A DNA stretch of 64,000 bases, from contig JAXLNO010002420.1 in the NCBI GenBank assembly GCA_038087875.1, positions 1 through 64,000 on the forward strand. Reading direction: 5' to 3'. Both the position numbers and the translations under genes were made by a program. The stretch's first letter is position 1. Every line of letters starts with the position of its first letter. Positions 11,946 to 23,435 of the stretch are shown one piece after another. This DNA is from Malacoraja senta. Taxonomy: Eukaryota. Below the pieces are notes generated by a model that was not told the origin of the DNA, did not search any database, and saw nothing but the letters and a program-made list of their open reading frames with translations.

Positions 11946-12769
11946 AAATATGTTCACTATTCTATTGCAGAATCTCCAATCTCTCCCTCAATGTCAGCAA
12001 GGTGAATTTGAAGGAGCTAGTTATCGACTGCTGGAAGGAAGATGGTGTACAAGCCATAAGCTTCTGGGATGCACCGCAGCGGCAGAAGAAAATGACCACG
12101 GATCGCCCCACGGAACCCAACACGAATCGACCAGGCGGCCGCCGAGAACGAAGATGGACTCGGCCGGTCGCCTGCAGCCATATGTGGCGGCAGGTTTGGT
12201 TCGCCGGTGTGAAGAGCAACCCGGTGGAAGCTGCTGAGCTTGGCCCCGAAACCCGGAGAGTCGTGGAGGAGGGAGCCGCTGCCGCCGACGGACTCAAGGA
12301 ATGGGCCGCTAAGAGAGGGACTGAGGTATTACCTCCAGGAGAGGAGTTGCCTCCCGGGACACAGAGCCAGTTGGGCGAGGAGAGGGACGTCTGTTGGCTG
12401 GCCGAGCTGGTCGAGGGTGACGGAGGAGGCCCCCCTGGCAATAGCCTGGGGTTTAACTGAGCTTACGTGGATCGGGGGTGCTCCAGTAAATCCAACATAC
12501 GGACCGGACATTGGACTTTTTCTTTTTCTTTTGTAAATACTGCCAAATTACGGCGACGGGAGCAAGAATTTCACTGTGCAGTGCATAAGTGACAATAAAG
12601 AATCATTGAAACATTGAAGTCAGAATCAATACTGTAGAAGTGCGAGTGCTGAAGTGGGAATGGTGAAGAACTTCAAATTCCTCGGCATGAACAACCTGTT
12701 GCATTTTAGTCACTGGGGCAGAACTTTTAAAAGAATGGACGTTTAACAATCCATCTGCAGCAATATAGA

Positions 12770-13225
12770 AACAGAGAAAGCAGGTGCAGGAGTAGAAAAT
12801 TATGGCCTTCAAGCCAGCACCGTCATTCAATATGATCATGGCTGAGCATCCAGAATCAATACCCTGTTCCTGCTTTCTCCCCATATCCCTTGATTCTGTA
12901 GCCCTAAGATCTAACTCTCTCTTGAAGACATCGAGTGAATTGGCCTCCACTGCCTTCTGTGGCAGAGAATTCCACAGATTCACAACTATCTGGGTGAAAG
13001 CGTTTTTCTTCATCTCATTCCTAAATGGCCTACCCTTTACTCGTAAACTGTGACTCCTGGTTCTGGACTCCCCCCAATATCGGGAACATTTTTCCTGCAT
13101 CTAACTGTCCAATCCCTTAAGAATTTTATATGCGTCTATAAGATCCCATCTCATCCTAAATTCCAGTGAATATAAGCCCAGTCAGTCCATTCTTTCATCA
13201 TATGTTAGTCCCGCCATACCGGGAA
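12770..13225 (-). mobile_element. CR1 3' fragment
   Basis: ORF 12603..13100 includes the CR1 end motif (HSLRVKGRPF...VNLWNSLPQKAVEA). Confidence 0.8.
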
Positions 13226-14771
13226 AAGAAATATTTTACTTTTTTATTGAACAATATCCTTGATTTTTTTGCTTTAAAAAAAAACATTCTGTTCCAGTCC
13301 CACCACAGAGATTTTTTGCTATATAATTCTTTGGCTCCTTTCCGCCTTCAATCAATTGAAAGCCAGAGTGGTAAAGACACTATTCATAGCATTGAGTATA
13401 AGAGTCAGGAAGTCATATGCTGCTTTATGGAACTTCAAAGATAGACACAAAATGCTGGAGTAACTCAGTGGGACAGGCAGCATCTCTGGATAGAAGGAAT
13501 GGCTGACATTTCTGGTTGAGTCCCTTCAGGCTGAAGAGGAAAGGGAGACATGGAGATAAGGAAGTGTAAGGTATGAAAGAATGACATCAAATGAGATGTA
13601 GTTCAAGGAAAATGTAGAATAGATCATTATTAGCCAGGAGTAGGTGTGAACGAAGCATACATAGATAATTTTTAATCAGGGGGACAGTCAGACTGGTCGG
13701 AGAATAGAACTTCAGATAGGCCACTTTTAGAATATTATCGGCATTTCTGGTTGCCCCAATGCAGGATGAATTTGGAAGCATGGAATTTGTGCAGAGGTGG
13801 TTTGCCAGAATGATGCACAGATTAGATATTAGCTGGAAGGAGAGGTTGGACAGACTTAGATTGTAATCGCTAGAATGCTGGAGGTTGATAAAAGTATATA
13901 AAACTATGAGAGGCATAGATGGGATAGAGAGTCAGAATCTTTTCCACAGGGTGTAAATATAAAGTAATGGAGAGCATAGTTTTCAGGTGAGTGGGACATG
14001 GTGTAAAGGGCCATGTATTAACAGAAGGCTCAATGAGAGATTTCTGCACTGATGTTGAGACTGAGCTGCACATTTACACCTAGACACAACTTTAAACTGA
14101 GCTCATGTCTCTCCTCCCAGCTGAAAAAAAAGACGCATGGTATTACCTCAAATAAGGGCTGGGAAATTATTACACATGCATTGTCCAATTTTTATTACTT
14201 AAGCAATAACAGTAAAGTGGACTAAAGACAGACACAAAAATGTTAGATAGAGCTCTAGAGGCTGGTGGAATCAAGGGATACGGGGAGAAGGCAGGCATTG
14301 ATTGGGGACGATCAGCCATGATCACCATGAATGGCAGTGCTGGCTCGAAGGGCCGAAGGGCCTCCTCATGCACCTATTTTCTATGCTTATAAAAAGATGG
14401 AGTAACTCAGCAGGACAGGCAGCACTTCTGGGAAAAAGGAAACGGTGACGATTTGTGTTGAGACCCTTCCCGAAATGTCACCTATTCCTTTCCCCCAGAA
14501 ATGCTGCCTGACCCGCTGAGTTACTCCAGCTTTTTGCATCTGCCTACAGTAAAACAAGCATCTGCAGTTCCTTCCTACACAGTAAAGTAGACTATCTGGT
14601 TTATCTAACACTGCAGTTTGTGGAATTGACTGCATTCTGAATTGTAAAATCATTATACTTTGAGAAACATCTATTCGGCTGTAAGATGCTATGTGAAATA
14701 TGATTTTGTAATTGTTGTCCTTAAAACACCAATATAATCCCTACCATAAAACCCAATCCGTAAACTGTATT

Positions 14772-14880
14772 CACTGGTAATTAGTGACGAGAACAAGTGG
14801 TCTCATTCCCATTGGATCTGGTTATCAGGTTTGTGTATACATGGACCAATAATTACCTTCACACCAGAGTTCTGTTAAAA
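14772..14880 (+). promoter_or_regulatory. MHC-type proximal promoter: X1-like (CTGGTAAT), X2/CRE (TGACG 14785-14789), Y box (ATTGG 14811-14815), CCAAT (14846-14850), TATA-like TTAAAA (14875-14880)
   Basis: Motif order and the 21-nt X2-to-Y spacing match the MHC class I SXY/enhancer-B layout. CTCATTCCCATTGG differs by 1 nt from the HLA-A CTCACTCCCATTGG as I recall it. The module lies 75-180 nt upstream of the leader ATG. Confidence 0.72.
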
Positions 14881-14953
14881 ACGTACAAGAGATTATGTTA
14901 CTGTTGCTGCATTTACTCTGCTGGTTAAATAGTGCTGTGGGCGGCTGTTAAAC

Positions 14954-15005
14954 ATGCTTCTTTTTACCTTACTGAACACTTACGGTGTGGCCACTGTCTC
15001 CTCTG
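14954..15005 (+). CDS. MHC class I-like exon 1, signal peptide MLLFTLLNTYGVATVSS
   Basis: ATG at 14954, hydrophobic 17-aa leader ending in small residues, donor G|gtaagc at 15006. The phase-1 G joins AT of exon 2 to give Asp1. Confidence 0.8.
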
Positions 15006-15308
15006 GTAAGCAATACTGCTTCAACCTGTGAACTTTGAGGAAACAACAAAACTGATTATATTTACTGTTGCACAGTGCCTGTGTTTGCCCTGGGTTCATT
15101 ATCTTGGATGTATTAATTGAATGATTGAATTGAATGTATTAATAATTTTGGGTAACGGTCTTTCCTTAGTTGTAAAGGCTCCTGTGGGAAGTTATATATA
15201 CTATGGTTACCTTGGCAATCCATTGAACAGAAGAACTGAATACATGTAAATAATGAACATAGAACATAGTACAATACAGCACAGGAGCAGGTCCTTCAGT
15301 CCTTCAGT

Positions 15309-15336
15309 CTGATGAAGGGTCTCGACCCGAAACGTC
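15309..15336 (+). ncRNA. Minimal hammerhead ribozyme-like core in a Penelope terminal repeat (intron 1, sense strand)
   Basis: CTGATGA, extra A, stem II GGGTC-TC-GACCC, GAAA, palindromic ACGT in place of helix III, GTC cleavage triplet. Hammerheads in Penelope termini are established; activity of this copy is untested. Confidence 0.6.
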
Positions 15337-18300
15337 ACCCGTTCCTTTTCTCCAGAGATGCTGCCTGACCCGCTGCTACCTCAGCATTTTGTCTACCTTC
15401 GGCCCACAATGTCTGTGCCGAACAAACTAAACTAATCTCCTCTACCTGTATGTGATCTGTATCCGGCCATTCCCTGCCTATCTATGTACCTATCTAAAAG
15501 CCTCTGAAATGTAACTGTTATATCTGCCACCATCACCACAACCACCACTGGCAGCGCGTTACAGATGTCCACCACCCTCCACATAAAACAACTTGCTCCG
15601 CTCATCTCCTTTGAACATTGCTTCTCCAACCTTAAAGTGATGTTCTCTGGTCTTCAACATTTCCACCCTGGGAAAAAGGTTCTGGCTGTCCACTCTGTCT
15701 GTGCCTCTCACCATGTTGTGCACTTTCATCAGGTCTCCCTTCAACCTCCAGTATACAAGAGAAAACAATCCATGTTTGTCCAATCTGTCCTTGCACTAAT
15801 GCCTCAGACAGAATTCAGGTGATGTGCACTTTCAATAAAGAAGTGACTTCTGCATTAGTAGGTGTTCCACCTCTCCAAGATTTCCTCAGCTGGTGTTAGA
15901 CACCCACATGATGGTAAAATTCAGCCTGCATTAAATGACCAATCAATGTTGTGTTAATGTTGTTGCCATCTTGTTGTTTGTTGCATGCTTCCTGTCCTGC
16001 AGACCCTATCCATTACCCCATCACCACTTCCCCAGAAGACGATAATGAGATTTAAGAAGCTTGAGGATAGGCACGTGGATATGCAGGGAATTGAGGGATA
16101 TGAATCATCTACAAGCATGAAGAGTTTAGTTGAACTTGACATCATGTTCGGCACAGACATTGTGGCCGAACTCCAGCCCATTACACCCTTAATGAACAAA
16201 AATCTATCAATCTCAATCTGGAAATTTTCAAGTGGGCAACATATTCAACAGATTACAGAATCGAGAACCAGAGGACATAGGTTTAAATTGAGGGGGGAAA
16301 GATTGAATGGGAATCTGATGAGCAATTTCTTCCCACACAATGGTACCTTTCTAACTATTCTGACATTCGTCAAGGCTTGGAGATTACAAACCTACTCGTC
16401 CTGAAAGTTTCATCCCATTGTTATCAAATGAAAGTAAATATAATGGTGTTAAAGAAGGAACTGCAGATGCTGGAAAATCGAAGGTACACAAAAATGCTGG
16501 AGAAACTCAGCGGGTGCAGCAGCATCTATGGAGCGAAGGAAATAGGCAACGTTTCGGGCCGAAACCATATAATGGTGATGGCCATGTTGAAATAATAACA
16601 TATAAAACAAAAATCCTTGGCTGTGGAGTGTTTTGCGAAGCCACATGGATTTTATCGTTACTGTATTCCACTCTTAGCCGTCTTATGTTTCTCCTGGTAA
16701 CACTGAAACAGACACTTCTAACTCTGCCCTCGGGGCCCCTTCTCACTTCACTTAAACACATGAACTTTGACACTGTCTGGTGTGCTGCATGTAATCTTTA
16801 TCACAGAACAAATACTGCTTATGCATGTGGAAACAAGAAACTGCACATGCTGGTTAATACACATAAAATACTGGAGTAATTCAGCAGGTCAGGCAGTATG
16901 TCTGGAGAACATGGTTAGGTGATGTTTCAGTTGACACAAGTGTAGGAAGGAAGTGCAGATGTGTAAGAAGGAACTGCAGAAGCTGATTTAAACCGAAGAT
17001 AGACAATAAAGCTGGAGTAATTCAGCGGCACAGGCAGCATCCCTAGAGAGAAGGTATGGGTGACGTTTCGGGTCGAGACCCTTCTTCTGACTGCTGATGC
17101 AGATGCTGGTTTACACCGAAGATAGATACAAAAGGCTGGAGTAACTCAGCAAGTCAGGCAGCATCGCTGGAGAAAAGGAATAGGTGGAGTTTCAGGTCAA
17201 GACACTGCATCAGACAGAGTCGGGGGTGCATATATTTCATTGTACTTTGTCATATCTCTCGGTTCTCTGTCCCCTGACTCTCATTCTGAAGAAGGGTCTC
17301 GACACGAAACGTCACCTTTTCCTTTTCTCCGGAGATGCTGCCTGACCCACTGAGTTACTCCAGTATTTTGTGTCGAGTTTCAATTTAGGCCCTGTTTATC
17401 TCAGTCTCCACCACCCCCCCCCCCCCCCCATCTCTATGAGCTGTGTTGCAGCTGCCTATGAGGACCTGGACTCAATCCTGATCTCTTACAACCTGGCTTT
17501 TTTTTCCCCCTGCAAACGTGTGTTTGCTATGGTTATTCCAGTTTCCCCGCACGTCCCCAAAATGCCGGGCTGAAAGGTAAATTGGCCAGTGTGAATTGGT
17601 CATGCATATGTATTAGAATTGGTGGAGGGGATGAGGGAGGTGTTAATGGGAGATTGGCAAATATTAAAAGGGTTAGCGTACCACAGGTATAAATAGGTGT
17701 TTGATGGTCACCACGAACTTGGTGGGCTAAAGGGCCTTTTATGTGCTGTACCCAGTGGACATAAGTTTAAGATGAGGGGGGAATGATTTAATAGGAACCT
17801 GAGGCATAGCATTGTTACACAAAGGGTGGTGGGTGTACTGAATGAACTGCCGGAGAAGGTAGTTCAGGCGCGTACTGTCACGACATTTAAGAATCATTTA
17901 ATCAGGTACATGGATAGGATAGGCTTATAAGGATATGGGCCTCAGTCAGCTGTAGAGCCCACATCAATGGATATTTCTCAGGTGGAGATTAACAGATTCT
18001 TGATCAGTATGGGTTTCAAGGGTTATGGGGTGCAGGCAGGAGAATGTGGTTGATAGGGAGAGATAGCTCAGCCATGATTGAATGGCCGATGGGCTGAATG
18101 GCCTAATTATTCTCCTAGAACTTATGTACTGATGAAATACAGGCAGTGTAGATGAGGCATGTTGGTTGGTGTGGCAAGTTGAGCCATAGGCCCTGATTCC
18201 CTGCTGTATGACTCTTTGACTTTACCTCTCTATGATTCTATAAAGTCTCCTTGACATTGTCCAGTTTCTTGATATAATAAAATATTCTTCAAATTTTGGA

Positions 18301-18439
18301 ATATTGTAACTAGTAGAACCTATCGACATGATAGACAATAATAGATCTTTGAAGATGGGAAACAATCCAGTAGGATCATTCAATACCTCGACCATAATTG
18401 GTGGAGTAGGTATCAGAGCCCATCATGCCAACTCTTGAA

Positions 18440-18750
18440 GAAGGCTCAGTGGTGCAGCGGTAGACTTACTCGATTACAGCACCATAGACCCAGGTTGGAT
18501 CCTGATTACGGATGCTGTCTGTACGGAGTTTGTCCATTCTCCCCATTACCGTGTGGGTTTTTCCCGAGATGTTCGGATTCTTCCCACATTCCAAAGACGT
18601 ATAGGTTTGTAGGTTAATTGGCTTGGTCTAGAATGTAAATTGTCCCTAGTGTGTGTAGGATAGTGTTATTGTGTGGGGGTTGCTGGTCAGTGTGGACTCG
18701 CACGAAGGGCCTGTTTCCATGCTGTATCTCTAAGCTAAAAACTAAACTAA
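18440..18750 (+). mobile_element. V-domain SINE (HE1-like), intron 1
   Basis: tggtgcagcggtaga...ggttggatcctgattacgg...ttcccacattccaaagacg...gggcctgtttccatgctgtatctctaagctaaaactaaa. Confidence 0.8.
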
Positions 18751-18941
18751 AGGCTCCTGACCCAAATTGTCACCTAATCATTGATGCTGCCTGCCCCACT
18801 GAGTTCATCCAGCACTTGCATCTGCAGGTCCTTGTGACTCCCTTATTCAAAGTTATTGTATTGTTATCAGTTTTAGCATTAATAACTTAGTTATTTTCAG
18901 TGAATGATACAATCATACTTATTTTTGTTTATGCATTGCAG

Positions 18942-19202
18942 ATTTACACCATCTTGCATTTTACTACCTGTTGAACCATGGATTGAATGAGCTGCCTGAG
19001 TACAGTATGGTAGCAATGCTGGATGACGTCCAGATAGCATATTTTGACAGCACACTAGAGCGGGCTGTTCCCAGACAGCGATGGATGGCCCAGTCTTTCC
19101 CGCAGGATCACTGGGATTCAATGGCCATCACAGTTGCAGGTTTTCATGGGATTGTCAGAGGAAATGCTGAGATAGTCTACCAACAGCAACATGGTATCTC
19201 GA
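18942..19202 (+). CDS. MHC class I-like exon 2, alpha1 domain (DLHHLAFYYLLNHGLNELPEYSMVAMLDDVQIAYFDSTLERAVPRQRWMAQSFPQDHWDSMAITVAGFHGIVRGNAEIVYQQQHGIS)
   Basis: Acceptor ttgcag|, donor A|gtaagt, 261 nt, phase 1-1. Overlaps track ORF 18971..19372. Alpha1 motifs P20, D29-D30, FDS, PR..W, W60. Confidence 0.92.
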
Positions 19203-19469
19203 GTAAGTGTCGTGAGCGGACCTGGGGTAGAGACCCAGTGATGACACAGATGGATTTTGTTTTAGTTTTATTGTTGACACATGATTCTCTGATACACTTT
19301 TTTTGCGTTAGTCAATCACATCAAAGAAAACTATTCATAAATACAATCAAACCAAACTCGTACAATAGGTAGAGCAAAGAGTGCAGAATGTAGTTCTCAG
19401 CATTGTAATGTACCAGTGCCAGAGACAAAGTCCAGTGTCTGCAATGGGGTTGAGGTGAACCCTAGCATA

Positions 19470-19880
19470 AGGGAGGACTGTTCAGAAACCTGATAACATA
19501 GGGGAGGAAACAGTTACTGAGTCTGGTGGTGCACGCTTTAATGCTTACGTACCTTCTGCAGGAAGAAGAAGGAGTGACCAGAAGGGGACAAATCTTTGAT
19601 TATGTTGTCTGCTTTCCTGAACCAGTTGAAATACAGATGGATTCACTGGTGGGGAATCATGTTTGTGTGATCGACTGTGCTACATCTCCACCTCTCTGCC
19701 ATTTCCAGCGGTCTTGGGCAGAACTCTTTCCAAACTAAGTTGTGATGCAACCTGTCAGTATGCTTTCTATGGCACATTTGTAGAAGTTTGTAAGAGTCAT
19801 TGGAGATGCCGCATTTCCTTAGTCTCCTGAGGCAGTAGGGGAACCAGAAACTCTCAACCTTTTTCACTTCAGCACCATTG
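19470..19880 (-). mobile_element. Rex1/Babar-like LINE RT 3' fragment, intron 2
   Basis: The minus strand reads LRRLRKCG...; it matches the + strand copy at 51680-52420. Clade assignment is from motif recall. Confidence 0.6.
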
Positions 19881-20952
19881 ATGCTGTTTCAGACATTTAC
19901 TCCATCACATTTTGATAGAGACACGGCCCATCGTCTATATTTAATGTGTCCTAACTGCTGAACACACAGTCATAACAGTTGGCTGGTGATAGTCTCTTTA
20001 TGGGTTAAGCATTTGATATTCAACACCAGTAATAAGTGGATGGATTGGATCATCTGTTTTGTTGGGCTGGAATGAGGGAGAAACCATTAGTTTATTTATA
20101 GCCTGATCATCTAGAGATGGGATCTTGATTTAAGCTGGTTGATGGTGACTATGAGGTATTCCCTCAGTAATAATATTGTGTTAATCCAGCATCCCCTCAA
20201 TATTGGCAACAATCCTCAGAGGGTGTAGCAATCCCACACAGTGCAACAGCCTTGATGTACTTCCCATCTGCATTGCCTTAACCTTCAGACTGACCTGTTG
20301 GCTCTGTAGCATTGCCCATCTGACAATGCACTTCTTCCTCTGTTCTTTATGTACGACAGTGCAGAATCTGAGTTCCACCCTTCTGACACAGCAGAACTCC
20401 TTTAGTGTTACATCCGCAACAGTAAAGCTCCCCCCCCCCATAACACTTGAGGTTAGTCCATGCCCTCAGTATATAGACCATGGGTTATTGAGTCACACAT
20501 CATGGAAACCGGCCCTTCTGCTCACTGAATCCACATTGATCATCCATTGTGCTAAGATGGAGTCACAGCAAACTGCAGATGCTGCCAATCTGAATTTAAA
20601 ACAAACAGGAGGAACTCAACGAGTCAGGCAGCATGCTGTGGAAAAAAGGACAGAAAACATATGAGACCAGGACCATTTAGAGTGATGGGGTAGAGTGGAG
20701 AAAGCTGGAAAAGAAAAGTAGTCTGTGTAGGATAGTGTTAATATGCGGGGACCACTGGTCGGTGCGGACTCGGTGGGCCGAAGGGCCTGTTTCCGCGCTG
20801 TATCTCTGAGCTAAACCTGCTCCTGTGCTGTACAGCTCCATGTTGTGTTCTGTTATGCCTGTTTGTACCATGCTGAGAACTGATTTGTAAATTGCCTCTC
20901 CCTTCCATCCACTCTCCCCAACACAAATCCTCCACCCCTACCTCAGCCCCAG

Positions 20953-21228
20953 CTGTTTGCTTTGTGCAGGGTTTCTGCGGCTGTGAAGTGGACAGTGACA
21001 ATTCCACTGATGGGTTTGTCAGACTGGGTTATGATGGGGAGGATGCCTGTGCTTTTGACAAGGACAGAATGCGCTGGATTGCACTACGTCCAGATTTCCA
21101 GATGCTAGCAGATCGGTGGAACGTCAACACCTTCATGAACAAGTATTTTAAAGATCTCCTGGAGAAGGACTGTGTGAAGTGGCTGCGGATATATCTGGAG
21201 TGTGGACAAGAAGCACTACAGAGGAGAG
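20953..21228 (+). CDS. MHC class I-like exon 3, alpha2 domain (TVCFVQGFCGCEVDSDNSTDGFVRLGYDGEDACAFDKDRMRWIALRPDFQMLADRWNVNTFMNKYFKDLLEKDCVKWLRIYLECGQEALQRR)
   Basis: Acceptor ccccag|, donor G|gtacac, 276 nt (the usual alpha2 exon length), phase 1-1. C101 and C164, GYDGED, W133, W147, W167 and Y171 are present. Overlaps track ORF 20892..21254. Confidence 0.93.
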
Positions 21229-21324
21229 GTACACGACGTAGGCACTCTGACTGATGGGCCAGAGGATATCCTCTGGATAGATCAGGTGGGAAATATCATG
21301 CACTTCAGGCTGTCACTTGAGTAA

Positions 21325-21620
21325 TTATTTAGTTTAGTTTAGAGATACAGCGCGGAAACCCACCGAGACCGCACCGAGCAGCCATGCCCGCACACTAACA
21401 CTATCCTACACACACTAGGGACAATTTGCATTTATACCAATCCAATTAACCTACAAATTTGTACGTCTTTCGAGTGTGAGGGGAAACCGAAGATCTCGGA
21501 TAAAACCCACGCAGGTCACAGGGAGAACGTACAAACTCTGTAAAGACAAGCACCCGTAGTTAGTAACAAACCCAGGTCTCTGGCGCTGTAAGGCAGTAGC
21601 TCGATCGCTTCGCCACCCTG
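21325..21620 (-). mobile_element. V-domain SINE (HE1-like), intron 3
   Basis: (TTTAG)n tail, then agatacagcgcggaaac...gtacgtctttcgagtgtgaggggaaaccg...tctctggcgctgtaaggcag. Confidence 0.8.
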
Positions 21621-22432
21621 TTCTACAACGTGGGTATCAGTAAATTGTCTGGCAACGTGCCTCTTAGATGGAACCAGTGGGTAGGAAGTGCAAGTGAAAG
21701 ATAAATATTGTACCAGTGTCCTTTATCCACAGTCATATAGATATTCAGGAAATGGAGGAATATGTATCTTGGTCTTATGTTTAGCACCGACCTTGTGGCC
21801 TGAAGGGTCTGTTGCTGAACTGATCAGAAACCCAATCAGATTCTCTATTTGCCTCTATTACTCCTTGGGATGGTGACATTCAATTTCCAACAGTTCTCTA
21901 TTTGAAGAACTTCTTCCTCCCATTCCCTCTTGGAATATTTAGTGTTATTATTCAGCAGAGATTCATGAACAGGTAGAAGCAATCATGTCTACAGTATCAA
22001 TCCCAATGGTGAGTTATACTGCTCCATTGGGCCTGCATTCCCCTTTCATCTGTGCTGTCAGTTAAAGTCTGGAGCTAAGATAAGGAGCATGTCAGTGATA
22101 TTAAAGCTAAATGTTTTGTTGTTTTGCCAGAAATGCAAAATGAAAAGAGAAAAGGCTGTAAACTTTGTGCAAGATAGAACTGCAGATGATGGTTTACACT
22201 GAAGATAGAAGATGTTGGTGTAACTCAGTGGGTCAGATAGCATCTCTGGGCATTCCTTCTCTCCAGAATGCTGCCTGACCTGCTGAGTTATTCCAGCATT
22301 TTGGGTCTAGGCTGAAAACTTAGTTCAGCCAGAGAAAAAACTCTGATTGGGAAAGTGGTGAGTTGCAGTGATCTTACAATTGAAGGCTTTTGTTCATGTC
22401 TTCACTGATTCTGACTCTTCTTACACTTGCAG

Positions 22433-22705
22433 AAACCCCTGAGGTGTTTATTGGGATTAAACGTGATGGGTCGCAATCACTGAGACTCTCCTGCCTTGTC
22501 ACAGGCTTCTAGCCACGGGCCATCGATGTAACGTGGCTGAGAGATGGTGAGGGGGTCCATGAGTCTGAATCCAGTGATCTGTTGCCCAATTGGGATGGGA
22601 CTTACCAGCTGAAGAATACAATTCAACTGAATAGAGAAGATGTGGCAAAATTCTCCTGTTACATCGAACATGCAACTCTGCTGCAGGGAGTCAATGTTCC
22701 ACAGG
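22433..22705 (+). CDS. MHC class I-like exon 4, alpha3 Ig-C1 domain with in-frame stop (ETPEVFIGIKRDGSQSLRLSCLVTGF*PRAIDVTWLRDGEGVHESESSDLLPNWDGTYQLKNTIQLNREDVAKFSCYIEHATLLQGVNVPQ)
   Basis: Translated by hand. Acceptor ttgcag|, donor G|gtaagt, 273 nt, phase 1-1. Ig-C1 motifs L.C..TGF.P..I.V.W, LPN.DGTYQ and FSC.IEH. TAG at 22510-22512 replaces the Tyr of GFYP, which is why the ORF track misses this exon. Confidence 0.92.
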
Positions 22706-22799
22706 GTAAGTGGCAAGTCAATGAGGCTGATCACTTGAGACCATAAACCTCCTGGACTGAGATAACAGTCTCAACTCACACTCTTAACTAAGCTGTGGA

Positions 22800-23435
22800 T
22801 TTAGACTTTAGGCTTTAGAGATATGCTGCAGATACAGGCCCCTCAGCTCACTGAGTCCTCGCTGAATAGTGATCAACCCATACATTTACACTAACCTACA
22901 CAGTACGGACAATTTACAATTTTACCTAAGCCAAGTAACCTACAAACCTGTATGTCTTTGTAGTGTGGGAGGAAACCCACGCAGTCACAGGGAGAACATA
23001 CAATGTCCTTGCAGACAGCACCTGTAGTCAGGATCAAACCCAGGTCTCTGGTGCAGTAAGGCAGCAGCTCTACCGCTACGCCACTGTGCCACCCATTATT
23101 AATTTGTGGTTATCTAATTGCTCATAATTATTGATAGTCAATGGAATGTGGTTTTAGTTTAAGAGATACAGCGCAGAAACCGGCCCTTCAGCCCACCGAG
23201 TCTGCGTCAACCAGCGATCCCTGCACACTTACATTATCTTACTTATTAGGGGACAATTTACAATTATACCAAGCCAATTAACCTACAAACCTGTATGTCT
23301 TTGGACTGAGTGAGGAAACCGGAGATCCAGGCAAAACCCACGCAAGTCCCGGGGAGAAGGTACAAAACTCTGTACAGACGGGACCCGTAGTCAGAATTGA
23401 ACCGGGTCTCTGGCGCTGTAAGGCAGCAGTTCCAC
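22800..23435 (-). mobile_element. Two adjacent V-domain SINE copies (about 22800-23095 and 23150-23435), intron 4
   Basis: Each has the tail, the V core (gtgtgggaggaaacc / gtgaggaaaccgg) and the tRNA-like head in the same orientation. Confidence 0.78.

Noticed and set aside
14895-14951. Upstream ATG frame MLLLLHLLCWLNSAVGGC* that looks like a signal peptide or uORF
   Set aside because: It has no good phase-1 GT donor at a plausible cleavage site and stops at 14949-14951. The ATG is only 15 nt after the TATA-like element, so it probably lies upstream of the TSS. 14954-15005 has a consensus donor.
20947-20970. Alternative alpha2 acceptors at 20946 (ctcag) and 20969 (gtgcag)
   Set aside because: 20969 gives the wrong phase. 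20946 is in frame, but 20952 gives the standard 276-nt exon and was preferred.
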